Below, one piece after another: positions 44,109 through 53,001 of a stretch of DNA of 54,562 bases; position 1 is the first letter of the stretch, and each line of letters begins with the position of its first letter. Source of the DNA: Candidatus Woesearchaeota archaeon (GTDB lineage: Archaea; Nanobdellota; Nanobdellia; Woesearchaeales; GW2011-AR4); assembly GCA_018303185.1 (NCBI GenBank), contig JAGVYR010000030.1, forward strand, positions 1 through 54,562. The letters are read 5' to 3'. The notes beneath the pieces are model-generated. The model saw nothing but the letters and a program-made list of their open reading frames with translations. It was not told the DNA's origin and made no database searches. A program made the position numbers and the translations under genes.

Positions 44109-44570
44109 TTATTTTTTGCTTCTTTCATCAAAACTAAGCCTGCCGGCGCCTGAGAATGCCAAAGACAAAGCCGCGAGCGCGAGCCCATAGTCTCTTACCG
44201 CGACATCATTGTAGCCAAGTGAGAGGCTTATGGAAAATATGTGCAATGCGGCTGCCAGAGCAGCAATTCTTGTGTAAAATCCTACAAGCAGGAGGATTCC
44301 GAGTGACAGGTCCAGCATCCCGTTTAATGCTATCAAAGTTACCGCTTCTACCGGAACAATGCCCATCATCCTGAAGTGCATGCCCTGCATTGTATCTGCA
44401 GGAGGAAATGCCCATGAAGGAAGGTAGCCAAGAAAATAATCCGGCTGGACAAGCTGGCTTACCCCGAACCAAATCAGGACAAGGGCGAGCCCTATCCTTA
44501 TTATTGTTACAGAATACTCTTTGTTTTTTGTGAAAAAGCTTTTTATTTTTTGCATCTTTCGCTGTTCCAT
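44109..44570 (-). CDS. DoxX-family membrane protein
   Basis: It has 4 TM segments, with IIRIGLALVLIWFGVSQL and GFYTRIAALAAALHIF. Confidence 0.6.
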   Translation of the reverse strand: MEQRKMQKIKSFFTKNKEYSVTIIRIGLALVLIWFGVSQLVQPDYFLGYLPSWAFPPADTMQGMHFRMMGIVPVEAVTLIALNGMLDLSLGILLLVGFYTRIAALAAALHIFSISLSLGYNDVAVRDYGLALAALSLAFSGAGRLSFDERSKK

Positions 44571-44650
44571 TATTGCCGTTTTTAATAATTGTTATTTTTT
44601 ATTGGTTCTTCACTGCCGCGCTTGCTGAGCACCAGCCAAAGAATTACCAC

Positions 44651-45082
44651 CTACAATCCGCCCATGTCAGAGAATGACCATCCCGCAGCATTTTCCGCCT
44701 CAAAGCCCAAAGTGCATCCCGCAAAAGAAAGAAGCCAGAGGGCAATTAGTATTATTATCGCTGTTTTCAAAATCACTTTTTTCCTGTACCTGAAGTAAAT
44801 TATAGCCGCTATCGCAATTGCCGATGCCGCATGGAACAATATTATAAAATGGAAGATCCATGTCTCAACAGCATTTTCAGAAATGGAAAGCATATACAAT
44901 ATTCCGGCGGGCATGAATGCGAAGAAAAGCGCAGACATTCCCAAGAAACTCCCGATGTCCAAGTATTCGTTTCCCTCCATTACCACTATGGTAACTGCAC
45001 CAGCAAAAGACAAAACAATCAGGAACAGCGGGAAGAAATACCATCTGGATGCAAAATCCCATAGCCTGCTGCTGTCCGCCAT
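44651..45082 (-). CDS. hypothetical 4-TM membrane protein
   Basis: A hydrophobic ORF with no motif. Confidence 0.45.
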   Translation of the reverse strand: MADSSRLWDFASRWYFFPLFLIVLSFAGAVTIVVMEGNEYLDIGSFLGMSALFFAFMPAGILYMLSISENAVETWIFHFIILFHAASAIAIAAIIYFRYRKKVILKTAIIILIALWLLSFAGCTLGFEAENAAGWSFSDMGGL

Positions 45083-45127
45083 ATTCTTATTAACTTCCTT
45101 TTGCTTTAAATTTTTATTGCTTTTTCA

Positions 45128-45328
45128 GGCTTTGTCCCAAGACTCGCTGCGCTCGGTTTAGTGGCAATCTCACTTCGTTCGTAGGTTTTACTTCGTAAAA
45201 CCTTCAAAGTCTTAGCTTATTCAGGCTCTTACTGACCTTTCCCGGATGGAGCGTCCCCTTTGTCAGCTTATCTGGAAATATGAAAGAGACTTTGACCTTA
45301 TGCCACTAAACTTTTCTTGGACAAAGCC
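45128..45328 (+). mobile_element. structured MITE-like element, copy I (201 nt)
   Basis: Its termini are GGCTTTGTCCCAAG and CTTGGACAAAGCC. They are directly flanked by the 9-bp direct repeat GCTTTTTCA (45119-45127 and 45329-45337). The second stem pairs GTTTAGTGGCA with TGCCACTAAAC. An inner hairpin reads AGGTTTTAC-TTC-GTAAAACCT. Confidence 0.7.
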
Positions 45329-45334
45329 GCTTTT

Positions 45335-46105
45335 TCATTCAGCCTTATTGTAAATCCCGTACAGATTGTAAGATCCTATGAAAAACATCATGCCACTGAG
45401 AATCTGTCCCATCGTGAGCCAGCCGAAATAAAAGCCAAGCTGCGCGTCAGGAGCGCGGTAAAACTCGACAATGAAGCGGAGGAATCCGTAAAGCGCCACG
45501 AAAGCCCAGAACAGAAAGCCGCGAGGAAGCTTTAGTTTTCTTATATTCCATAATACTGTGAAACTCAATAAATTCTTTAATGAAGCGTATATCTGGGAAG
45601 GGTGGCGGAAGCCTTCAGCTCCCCGAAACTTGACTGCCCATGGCACATTAGTAATGCGGCCATACAGCTCGCCATTGGCAAAATTTCCCAATCTTCCGAG
45701 GGCAAGGCCAAGCGCAAGCGGAATTACAGTGATGTCGGCCATGTCGTAGAAATGCAATCTCTTTCTTTTCGTGAAGATAATACCGCCGATAACAGCGCCC
45801 ACAAGCCCGCCGTGGAAAGAGAGGCCGCCGTGCCAAACTGCGAAAATGTCGAGAGGGTTTGCGGCGTAGAAAGGAAGATTGTATATCAAAATGTAGAAAA
45901 CCCTTGCGCCAAGGATTGCCCCAATCAGAATATGAAGCAAGTAATCGGAGATATCATCCTTTGAAAGCTTCAATCCCTTTTCCTTCGAAAGCTTGATGAG
46001 CATGAAATACGCAATCACAAAGCCAAGAGCCCAGAACATGCCATAATACCTTACCTCCAGAGGCCCGAGCCTCAGAAGCACAGGGTCTATGGATGAAGTG
46101 AACAT
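45335..46105 (-). CDS. lgt: prolipoprotein diacylglyceryl transferase (bacterial type)
   Basis: It contains RYYGMFWALGF, HGGLSFHGGLVGAVIG, LGRLGNFANGELYG and RHPSQIYASL, which together form the Lgt signature set. Confidence 0.85.
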   Translation of the reverse strand: MFTSSIDPVLLRLGPLEVRYYGMFWALGFVIAYFMLIKLSKEKGLKLSKDDISDYLLHILIGAILGARVFYILIYNLPFYAANPLDIFAVWHGGLSFHGGLVGAVIGGIIFTKRKRLHFYDMADITVIPLALGLALGRLGNFANGELYGRITNVPWAVKFRGAEGFRHPSQIYASLKNLLSFTVLWNIRKLKLPRGFLFWAFVALYGFLRFIVEFYRAPDAQLGFYFGWLTMGQILSGMMFFIGSYNLYGIYNKAE

Positions 46106-46106
46106 C

Positions 46107-46859
46107 CTATTTGCCTCCTTTTTCCCTAGCTATAAGATAAAAGTAAAAGCGGTTGAAGAACAAAATAAGATACGGGATGGCAATCAGGGCTATGAGATAT
46201 ACTCTTATCGTGGCAGGATAAAGCGCGAGATTATTGCCAAATCTTATGTAGTACTGCGCATAATCTTTCAGTATGCTGTTAGCGCCTATGAAATACCACA
46301 GCGCAAACAAAACTATCATTGAGGCAATGCTCCAGAGATACAATCCGATATAAGAGCTGATTTTCGCAAACGCCATTCCAAGGGATTTCCTGAGCAGCTC
46401 AGCGAATTTCTTCGTGTCAGAAAAGCAGGAATGGGAAAAATTCAGCAAAGGATAGAAAAAGAAAAGCAGTGCTAAGGAAAGCACTATGAACATTATCTGG
46501 CCGAGAAGAGGTTTCATCATGGAAATAAAAAATAATATAGCAAAAGCAAACACATTAAGGGCAACAGCCAGCATTGCATTAAGCCCAAGGAATTTCGGAA
46601 ACAGCTTTGCTTCGGTTTTTTTCGGTGAGAAGACACCGGATATGCTGCTAATAACCAAAAATTTGGATATTGAATAAGCCAAAACCATGACCGCGAAGTA
46701 AATGAGCTGGCTAATCGGCGAAGCCGGAAAAAGTCCCTTGATGAAAAATGCGGCAGTGAAGAAAACAAGGTCAATCACAAGCACTGTCAGGGCAACATCA
46801 TAATTATTTTTGATCAGCTTTGCTGTCCTGAGAAAATAGGATTCTTTAAAGGAACTCAT
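46107..46859 (-). CDS. hypothetical polytopic membrane protein in the dsbA-lgt operon
   Basis: It has about 6-7 TM segments. The ATG at 46859 overlaps the upstream stop as ATGA. No family recognised. Confidence 0.5.
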   Translation of the reverse strand: MSSFKESYFLRTAKLIKNNYDVALTVLVIDLVFFTAAFFIKGLFPASPISQLIYFAVMVLAYSISKFLVISSISGVFSPKKTEAKLFPKFLGLNAMLAVALNVFAFAILFFISMMKPLLGQIMFIVLSLALLFFFYPLLNFSHSCFSDTKKFAELLRKSLGMAFAKISSYIGLYLWSIASMIVLFALWYFIGANSILKDYAQYYIRFGNNLALYPATIRVYLIALIAIPYLILFFNRFYFYLIAREKGGK

Positions 46860-47302
46860 GGGCTTATTCGGCAACCTGTTGCCTGTGCAAGGCTGTCAAA
46901 GCTCTGCACTTTCTCAAGCTTTTTTCCGCCTATGACCCATGTGGGCGTAAATCTGATATCTGGCCCTTCTGTGAAGTCCCTGTAGTCAACATATTTGAAG
47001 GATTTTCCGAACATTCCTCTCTGGGCCTGCGAGTACTGGCACCACGAGGCACCATACATGACAGCGCCTTTTTCCGAAAGGCATTGCGCAAAGCCGTCAT
47101 GAAGGCCGGGCTTCTGGGCATTGTAGAATGCAAATCCAATTGCAGAAATCGCAACTAAAACTATAACAGCGCCTATTATCCAAGGAATTTTGCTCTTTTT
47201 TGCTTCCTGCTGGGGGCTTGTATCAGGATGCTGCTTTGCAGCCTCTGCCTGCTGCCTTATGCTCTCCAGTTTAGCAAGCTTCCTTTCCTTTCTGGTTGAC
47301 AT
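46856..47302 (-). CDS. membrane-anchored thioredoxin-like protein with a CxxS site (VKOR-partner type)
   Basis: FAQCLSEKGAVMYGASWCQYSQAQRGMFG...TPTWVIGG resembles the Trx-like domain fused to cyanobacterial VKOR. Its active site reads CQYS rather than CxxC. Confidence 0.6.
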   Translation of the reverse strand: MSTRKERKLAKLESIRQQAEAAKQHPDTSPQQEAKKSKIPWIIGAVIVLVAISAIGFAFYNAQKPGLHDGFAQCLSEKGAVMYGASWCQYSQAQRGMFGKSFKYVDYRDFTEGPDIRFTPTWVIGGKKLEKVQSFDSLAQATGCRISP

Positions 47303-47308
47303 CTTACC

Positions 47309-47527
47309 TTACAATGATGCGGATGGCTCTGAAACTGCTGAAGGGGTTTCAGTCACAGGAGCCGGAGCAACACCGCAGCCGCCGCCATAGTAAGCGTTTG
47401 GCTGTCCTGCGCCGTACTGGCCCTGCTGCCCATATGCCGCATATCCGGTAGGACCGGAATTCCTGCTGCATCCTACAACTAACAATGCCAAAACCAAAAT
47501 TAAAGCAAATAAAGCTGTTTTTTTCAT
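47309..47527 (-). CDS. small lipobox lipoprotein, G/Q/Y/A-rich
   Basis: The signal peptide MKKTALFALILVLALLVVGCS carries a canonical lipobox (VVGC). The mature part is low-complexity. Confidence 0.55.
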   Translation of the reverse strand: MKKTALFALILVLALLVVGCSRNSGPTGYAAYGQQGQYGAGQPNAYYGGGCGVAPAPVTETPSAVSEPSASL

Positions 47528-47538
47528 GTTCTCACCTT

Positions 47539-48300
47539 TTAGTTTGCAAGCTCAGCCTCAATTACCTGCTGGAAATTCTGGAACGGATGAGCTCCTATCA
47601 ATGGTATCCCATTTATCAAAAAGCCCGGTGTTCCGCTTATTCCTGCTTGTGAGCCCTGGCTGAAATCTTCCTGTATCTCTGCCCTGTATTTTCCTGTTTC
47701 TACACAGCTGTTGAACTTGTCCATGTCAAGGCCAAGCTTCTGCGCAATTTCAGTGTATAGTGCTGCACCCATTCTGCCCTGGTTCTGGTAAATCTGGTCG
47801 TGGAATTCCCAGAACTTGCCCTGCTCATGGGCGCATTCTGCGGCTTCTGCAGCCGGCTGCGCCTCAGGGTGGAAGCTCAACGGGAAGTCTTTGTAGACCA
47901 TCTTTACTTTTCCAGTTTTTATATATTTCTCTTCAATCTGCCCAAGAGTATCCTGATAAAATCGGCCGCAGTAAGGGCACTGGAAATCTGCAAATTCCAC
48001 AATTGTTACAGGAGCATCTGCATCGCCCTTTACAGGGTCGCCTTCAAGGCTTACCTGCTGCCTCTGAGGCTCGCCCTGCGGCTCCTGCTGTGTCGGCTGC
48101 GGCGCAGCTGCCTGCTGCTGGCCTCCGCCTGTATTTGCGCCGACGCTTGGACCGCCTGAACCTGTGAACCACATGACAACAATTATTATCGCTAAAACTG
48201 CAGATACAATCTGCCAAAGAGTCTCTTTCTTAATTGTGTAAGCCTCTTTCTTTGGCTCGTGCATGTGATGCACATGCGGCTTGTCTTCTTTTTCATCCAT
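47539..48300 (-). CDS. membrane-anchored DsbA-like thiol:disulfide oxidoreductase
   Basis: An N-terminal TM segment and a Q/P-rich linker are followed by VTIVEFADFQCPYCGRF and GTPGFLING. Confidence 0.8.
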   Translation of the reverse strand: MDEKEDKPHVHHMHEPKKEAYTIKKETLWQIVSAVLAIIIVVMWFTGSGGPSVGANTGGGQQQAAAPQPTQQEPQGEPQRQQVSLEGDPVKGDADAPVTIVEFADFQCPYCGRFYQDTLGQIEEKYIKTGKVKMVYKDFPLSFHPEAQPAAEAAECAHEQGKFWEFHDQIYQNQGRMGAALYTEIAQKLGLDMDKFNSCVETGKYRAEIQEDFSQGSQAGISGTPGFLINGIPLIGAHPFQNFQQVIEAELAN

Positions 48301-48480
48301 ATTAAATGCACCCCTTTATCGGCTGTCAATCTGAGGGCTTTTATAAAGTTTTGCCCCCTTTGCCTTGTTATTTTATGATAGGATATATAATTAATCATGA
48401 AGACGGTATGGCATTTTGGCTTTTAAACTGAAAAACGGGGCTTATTTATGTTCATTATTGTTCATGCTGTGTTATTTCAG

Positions 48481-49245
48481 CTATTCAAGGAATGTAAGCA
48501 GAAGCATGACTGCAATGCCCAAAATGAATGTGATGAACTGCATCAGTGATATGAACGGATTGTTTTCCTTGTGAAGCTCAGGAATAAGGTCAGCGGATGC
48601 AATGTAGATAAAGCCTCCTGCTGTGAAAGGGATAAGGAACAGGGAGAAGCTTTCTGAAATGTTCTGAATCAGCAGGACAACCAGTGCCCCCGCTACAGCC
48701 AGAAGAGCAGACATCAGGTTGAAGAAAAGCGCCTTCTTTCTTGTGAAGCCGCCATGTAGAAGCACGCCAAAGTCTCCAATCTCCTGCGGGATTTCGTGGA
48801 ATATCACTGCAAGGGTCGTGGCAATGCCCAACGGAATCGAGGCAATGTAGCTTCCCGCAACTATCATGCCGTCTATAAAGTTGTGAAGGCCGTCCCCGAA
48901 AAGATTCATCTTTGCAACGCCGTGCGGATCTTTAGCGTCATGGACATCGCAAGTGCCTGTCTTGTGGCAATGGCGCCAGTGGATGTATTTTTCAAGGACA
49001 AAGAAAACTATGATTCCCGCAAGGGTGTATAATGAGAGCTGTATGGTGAAGCCATATCCTTCAACCGCTTCCGGCAGAAGATGGATGAAAACATCACCGA
49101 GCAAAGCGCCTGCGGCAAAGCTGACAAGAATGACAAGAGCTTTTTTTGTGTTTATTCTGTTGAAGAGCAAGGCAACTGCACCTATCAATGATATGGCGCT
49201 GACTATCAGGACGCTTAGGATTGAGTAAAGCCAGATGCTAAGCAT
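48481..49245 (-). CDS. ZIP-family metal transporter
   Basis: It contains HNFIDGM and FHEIPQEIGDFGVL. Confidence 0.85.
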   Translation of the reverse strand: MLSIWLYSILSVLIVSAISLIGAVALLFNRINTKKALVILVSFAAGALLGDVFIHLLPEAVEGYGFTIQLSLYTLAGIIVFFVLEKYIHWRHCHKTGTCDVHDAKDPHGVAKMNLFGDGLHNFIDGMIVAGSYIASIPLGIATTLAVIFHEIPQEIGDFGVLLHGGFTRKKALFFNLMSALLAVAGALVVLLIQNISESFSLFLIPFTAGGFIYIASADLIPELHKENNPFISLMQFITFILGIAVMLLLTFLE

Positions 49246-49323
49246 AGCCTTAGAATACTGCTCCTGTTTTAAAAGGTTTTTATTAGCAACACATTTATTA
49301 ATTCTCCATAATTCTTAGAAACA

Positions 49324-50541
49324 ATGCAAAACCTATCATTCACAGTAAAGAAAGAAGCAAAAAAAAGCAGGGCAAGGCTTGGAATTATTGAAGTTGCCCA
49401 CGGTAAGATTGAGACGCCATACTTTGTCCCTGTGGCTACTGCTGCCACTGTGCGGGGTTTGGACCAAATGGACATGGAAGAATTGAGGGCGCAGGTTTTG
49501 CTGGCAAACACTTATCACCTTCATTTAAGGCCCGGAGACAAAAACGTGAAAAAGCTTGGCGGGCTTCATAGGTTCATGAACTGGAACAAGCCTTTATTTA
49601 CAGATTCAGGAGGATTTCAGGCGTTTTCCCTGGGATACGGGATGGAGCACAACATCAATAAACTGGGGAATATTTTTCCTGAAAACAAGAAAACCAAAAC
49701 AGAAGATATAAAGGAAAAATTTGCAACCATAAACGACAAAGGAGTAACGTTCAAGGCGCATCATTCAGGCGAGATAATCCATTTGAACCCAAAGAAGTCA
49801 ATAGAGATACAACAGAATCTTGGGGCTGACATCATTTTGGCTTTTGACGAGTGTACATCTCCATTGTCTTCAAAGGAATATACAAAGACTGCAATGGAAA
49901 GGACGCACAGGTGGGCTATAGAATCGTTAAAGTTTCACAAGAAAAAAGCAAAAAAAACAAAGCAGGCACTTTACGGAATAATACAGGGCGGAGAATACAG
50001 GGATTTAAGGGATGAATCAACCAGATTCATAACTTCTCTTGATTTTGACGGCATTGCAATCGGCGGCTCACTGGGGAAGTCAAAGAATGACATGCATAAC
50101 ATCCTTGACTGGGTTATTCCTTCGCTTCCAAAAAACAAGCCCCGCCATCTTCTTGGGATTGGGGATATTGATGACATTTTCATTGCAGTGGAAAAGGGAA
50201 TTGACACTTTTGACTGCGTCTATCCGACAAGAATAGCTAGAAGAGGCACTCTCTTGGTTACTCCCGAAGAAGGCGGCTCATTAAAGAATAAATTCAGGCT
50301 GAATATTGGCAATGCAAAGTTTAAGCTGGACAAAAAGCCGGTTGACAGGACTTGCACATGCAGCACGTGCAGGAATTATTCAAGGGCTTACCTAAACCAC
50401 CTGTACAAGACAAAAGAGCTTGCCTATTTCAAGCTTGCAGCGCTGCACAACGTGCATTTCATGCTCAATCTGATGGAAAGGATAAGGGAAGCGATAAGGA
50501 ATGATTCCCTTCATAAGCTGAAAAAGAAATGGCTAGGATAG
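49324..50541 (+). CDS. tgt: tRNA-guanine transglycosylase, bacterial (queuine/preQ1) type
   Basis: It contains ETPYFVPVATAATV, LANTYHLHLRPG, FTDSGGFQAFSL, DTFDCVYPTR and the zinc site CTCSTCRNYSRAYLNHL..H. It has no PUA or C-terminal ArcTGT domains. Confidence 0.85.
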   Translation: MQNLSFTVKKEAKKSRARLGIIEVAHGKIETPYFVPVATAATVRGLDQMDMEELRAQVLLANTYHLHLRPGDKNVKKLGGLHRFMNWNKPLFTDSGGFQAFSLGYGMEHNINKLGNIFPENKKTKTEDIKEKFATINDKGVTFKAHHSGEIIHLNPKKSIEIQQNLGADIILAFDECTSPLSSKEYTKTAMERTHRWAIESLKFHKKKAKKTKQALYGIIQGGEYRDLRDESTRFITSLDFDGIAIGGSLGKSKNDMHNILDWVIPSLPKNKPRHLLGIGDIDDIFIAVEKGIDTFDCVYPTRIARRGTLLVTPEEGGSLKNKFRLNIGNAKFKLDKKPVDRTCTCSTCRNYSRAYLNHLYKTKELAYFKLAALHNVHFMLNLMERIREAIRNDSLHKLKKKWLG

Positions 50542-51402
50542 TGAGACAAGCACTATGCCGGATATTATCATAAGTATAGCAAGGTACTGCAGCGGCTTTA
50601 TTTTTTCTTTGTAGATGAACTTTCCGTACAATACTGCGATGAATGGGTTTGAGTATGTAATCGCGATTATTATGCTGACATCCGCTATGTTTATCCCGAG
50701 GTTGTAGAACAGTGTTCCTGCAGCTATGAAAATGGCCAGCAAAACTATGTAAGCCATATGCTTCCCGGCTTTTGGGAATGAAGTTTCAGCTTTTATATGC
50801 TTCAGATGGACGAATGAGGCAGCCATCACCCCGAATTCAAAGACGAATGCGGAAAGGTAAGGGCCGAGATGGGCTATCGGGAGCTTTGCAAGGAAATAGA
50901 CAAGGCCCCATAATGGTATTGCGAGCAAGGCAAATGGGACGCCGCTGGATTTTTTAAAGAAATCAGAACCTCTTATGTTCCTGAAATTTATTGAAATCAA
51001 TGTAATTCCAAAAAGAATAATTATTATTGAAAGTATCTGCATTGAAGACAGTATTTCATTGAAAAAGAAAACTGAAAGAAGGATTGTGACAACCAATGAA
51101 GAGTTTGCTATCGTAGTTACTATGCCGACATTGCCGCAAGTGACCGCTTTGTAATAAAACAATAGCGGGAAATACCCGAGAATGCCGATTAGCAGGGCAA
51201 CGAGAATATAGCCTGCAGAAAATTTTGATTCGCCGATAAACACTAAAAAAACAACAAAAAGAATTAAACTCACTAATATTCCCCTCAAAAAAACGCTTCT
51301 TTCGCTTCCAACCTCGCGTGCCGGGACTTTGGATATCGCGTTTGCAAGGCCGTAGCCGAGCATAGACAGGAGGCCGAATATTATGCCGGATGGGATGCCC
51401 AT
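50533..51402 (-). CDS. EamA/DMT-family transporter
   Basis: It has 10 TM segments arranged as two EamA repeats. Confidence 0.8.
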   Translation of the reverse strand: MGIPSGIIFGLLSMLGYGLANAISKVPAREVGSERSVFLRGILVSLILFVVFLVFIGESKFSAGYILVALLIGILGYFPLLFYYKAVTCGNVGIVTTIANSSLVVTILLSVFFFNEILSSMQILSIIIILFGITLISINFRNIRGSDFFKKSSGVPFALLAIPLWGLVYFLAKLPIAHLGPYLSAFVFEFGVMAASFVHLKHIKAETSFPKAGKHMAYIVLLAIFIAAGTLFYNLGINIADVSIIIAITYSNPFIAVLYGKFIYKEKIKPLQYLAILMIISGIVLVSLS

Positions 51403-51404
51403 GG

Positions 51405-52145
51405 TTATCCGTCTGCCCTGTCAGCCTCTTTTTTAAGGCGCCTTGCCCAGTAGACAAATGGAGTGTCGCAGACTGCCACGACAAATTTCATTACGTAGCT
51501 TACCCAGAATATCTCAATGATTATGGGCCACTCAAAGACCTGCTCCCAATGAACCCTTCCATAAGTAAAAAAAGATTCCAATCCAAAAGCCCCTACAAAT
51601 GCTATATAAGTAAAAATAGCATTATCTAAAAGCTGGGAAACCATTGTAGATGCGTTATTCCTGATCCAGAGATGCTTTCCCTTTGTCTTTTTCTTCCAGA
51701 ACTGGAATGCCCATACGTCATGGAACTGGGAGACAAGATAGGCTGCCAATGAAGCTACAACAATCCTCGGGAAAAAGCCGAATACCTGCTCGAGCGCAGG
51801 GCTCATGATGTCGGACTCGTCAGGCACGAACTGAAGTGTAACTTGCATCACTACGGCAGTCATGATGAGGACAAAAAACCCTATTATCACTGCCTTATTT
51901 GCCTCTTTTTTCCCGTAATTCTCGCACAGGATGTCTGTTATTAAAAATGTTGAGCTGTAGATTATGTTCCCTTCAGCCGTGACAAACCCGAAAACCTTGA
52001 TTGTCTTCAAAACCTGTATGTTTGCAAGTATTATGGAGATAGCTGTCCAGACATAGAGGCCTGTCCTTCCGAATAATTTGTATGATGCTATCACTCCCAG
52101 GAAAATGAACAGGAGCAAAAACACCCATAAAAGCTCGTTTATCAT
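51405..52145 (-). CDS. yhhQ: YhhQ-like queuosine-precursor (7-deazaguanine) transporter
   Basis: TAEGNIIYSSTFLITDILCENYGKKEANKAV and DNAIFTYIAF are typical of the YhhQ/DUF165 family. Confidence 0.7.
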   Translation of the reverse strand: MINELLWVFLLLFIFLGVIASYKLFGRTGLYVWTAISIILANIQVLKTIKVFGFVTAEGNIIYSSTFLITDILCENYGKKEANKAVIIGFFVLIMTAVVMQVTLQFVPDESDIMSPALEQVFGFFPRIVVASLAAYLVSQFHDVWAFQFWKKKTKGKHLWIRNNASTMVSQLLDNAIFTYIAFVGAFGLESFFTYGRVHWEQVFEWPIIIEIFWVSYVMKFVVAVCDTPFVYWARRLKKEADRADG

Positions 52146-52156
52146 TTTTCCTCCGC

Positions 52157-52990
52157 TTATTTCTTCAGATGCTTATCCAAAAAAGCAACTGTCTTTTCCC
52201 AGGCATCCTTTGTCTTTTCAGCATCATGGCCCGCGTTTGAAGGGTTTGCAAAGGCATGGCCTACTCCTTCATAGATGTAAATTTCGTTTTCAACGCCAAG
52301 CTCATCCAGCGCAGCGTCAAACTCATTTACTGATGAGACAGGGATTCCTGTGTCTTCCTCTCCAAATACGCCAAGCACGGGCCAGTTGATGGCATCAAGC
52401 TGCTCAGGATCTGTAACTAAATTTCCGTAGTAGATGACAGTCGCTGAAAGGTTTTCATTGAAGGAAAGCTGAAGGCTCATCCCGCCTCCGAAGCACCATC
52501 CCATTGAGGCTATGTCATTCTGTATTACGTCTTCCCTGCTGTTGAGATAGGAGACGGCAGCCTTCATGTGCTCAATTGCAGCTTCAGGGTTTTCCCTAAC
52601 TTCAGAAGCGTAAGTGCGTGCATCATCCGGAACTTCAGCAACCTTTCCTCCGTACAAATCCACTGCAAGCACAACATAGCCTTCCTCTGCCAAGTCGTGG
52701 GCCATGTTCTTTATGTTCTGGTTCAGGCCCCACCATTCGTGTATCATTACGACAGCAGGGTATTTTCCTTCTGCTTTTGGAGTTACAAGATAATCATTGT
52801 AGCCATTGTACATTACCCATTTTCCGTCCATGCTTTCGTCAGGCTCTGATATTGCGGCTTCTTCCCCATGCAGGGAAGGGTCATTGTCAATATCTTCCTG
52901 AGTCCTCTCCTGTGTTGTTTGAACAGGAGCACAGGACGCAATAAGCATTATCAAAGCACTAAAAACCAATGCAATTCCGAAATTTTTCAT
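52157..52990 (-). CDS. dienelactone hydrolase-family lipoprotein
   Basis: The signal peptide carries the lipobox LIASC. It contains VVMIHEWWGL, GWCFGG and the H of GVGHAF. The ATG at 52990 is preceded by GGTGA. Confidence 0.8.
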   Translation of the reverse strand: MKNFGIALVFSALIMLIASCAPVQTTQERTQEDIDNDPSLHGEEAAISEPDESMDGKWVMYNGYNDYLVTPKAEGKYPAVVMIHEWWGLNQNIKNMAHDLAEEGYVVLAVDLYGGKVAEVPDDARTYASEVRENPEAAIEHMKAAVSYLNSREDVIQNDIASMGWCFGGGMSLQLSFNENLSATVIYYGNLVTDPEQLDAINWPVLGVFGEEDTGIPVSSVNEFDAALDELGVENEIYIYEGVGHAFANPSNAGHDAEKTKDAWEKTVAFLDKHLKK

Positions 52991-53001
52991 TTTTTCACCA
53001 G

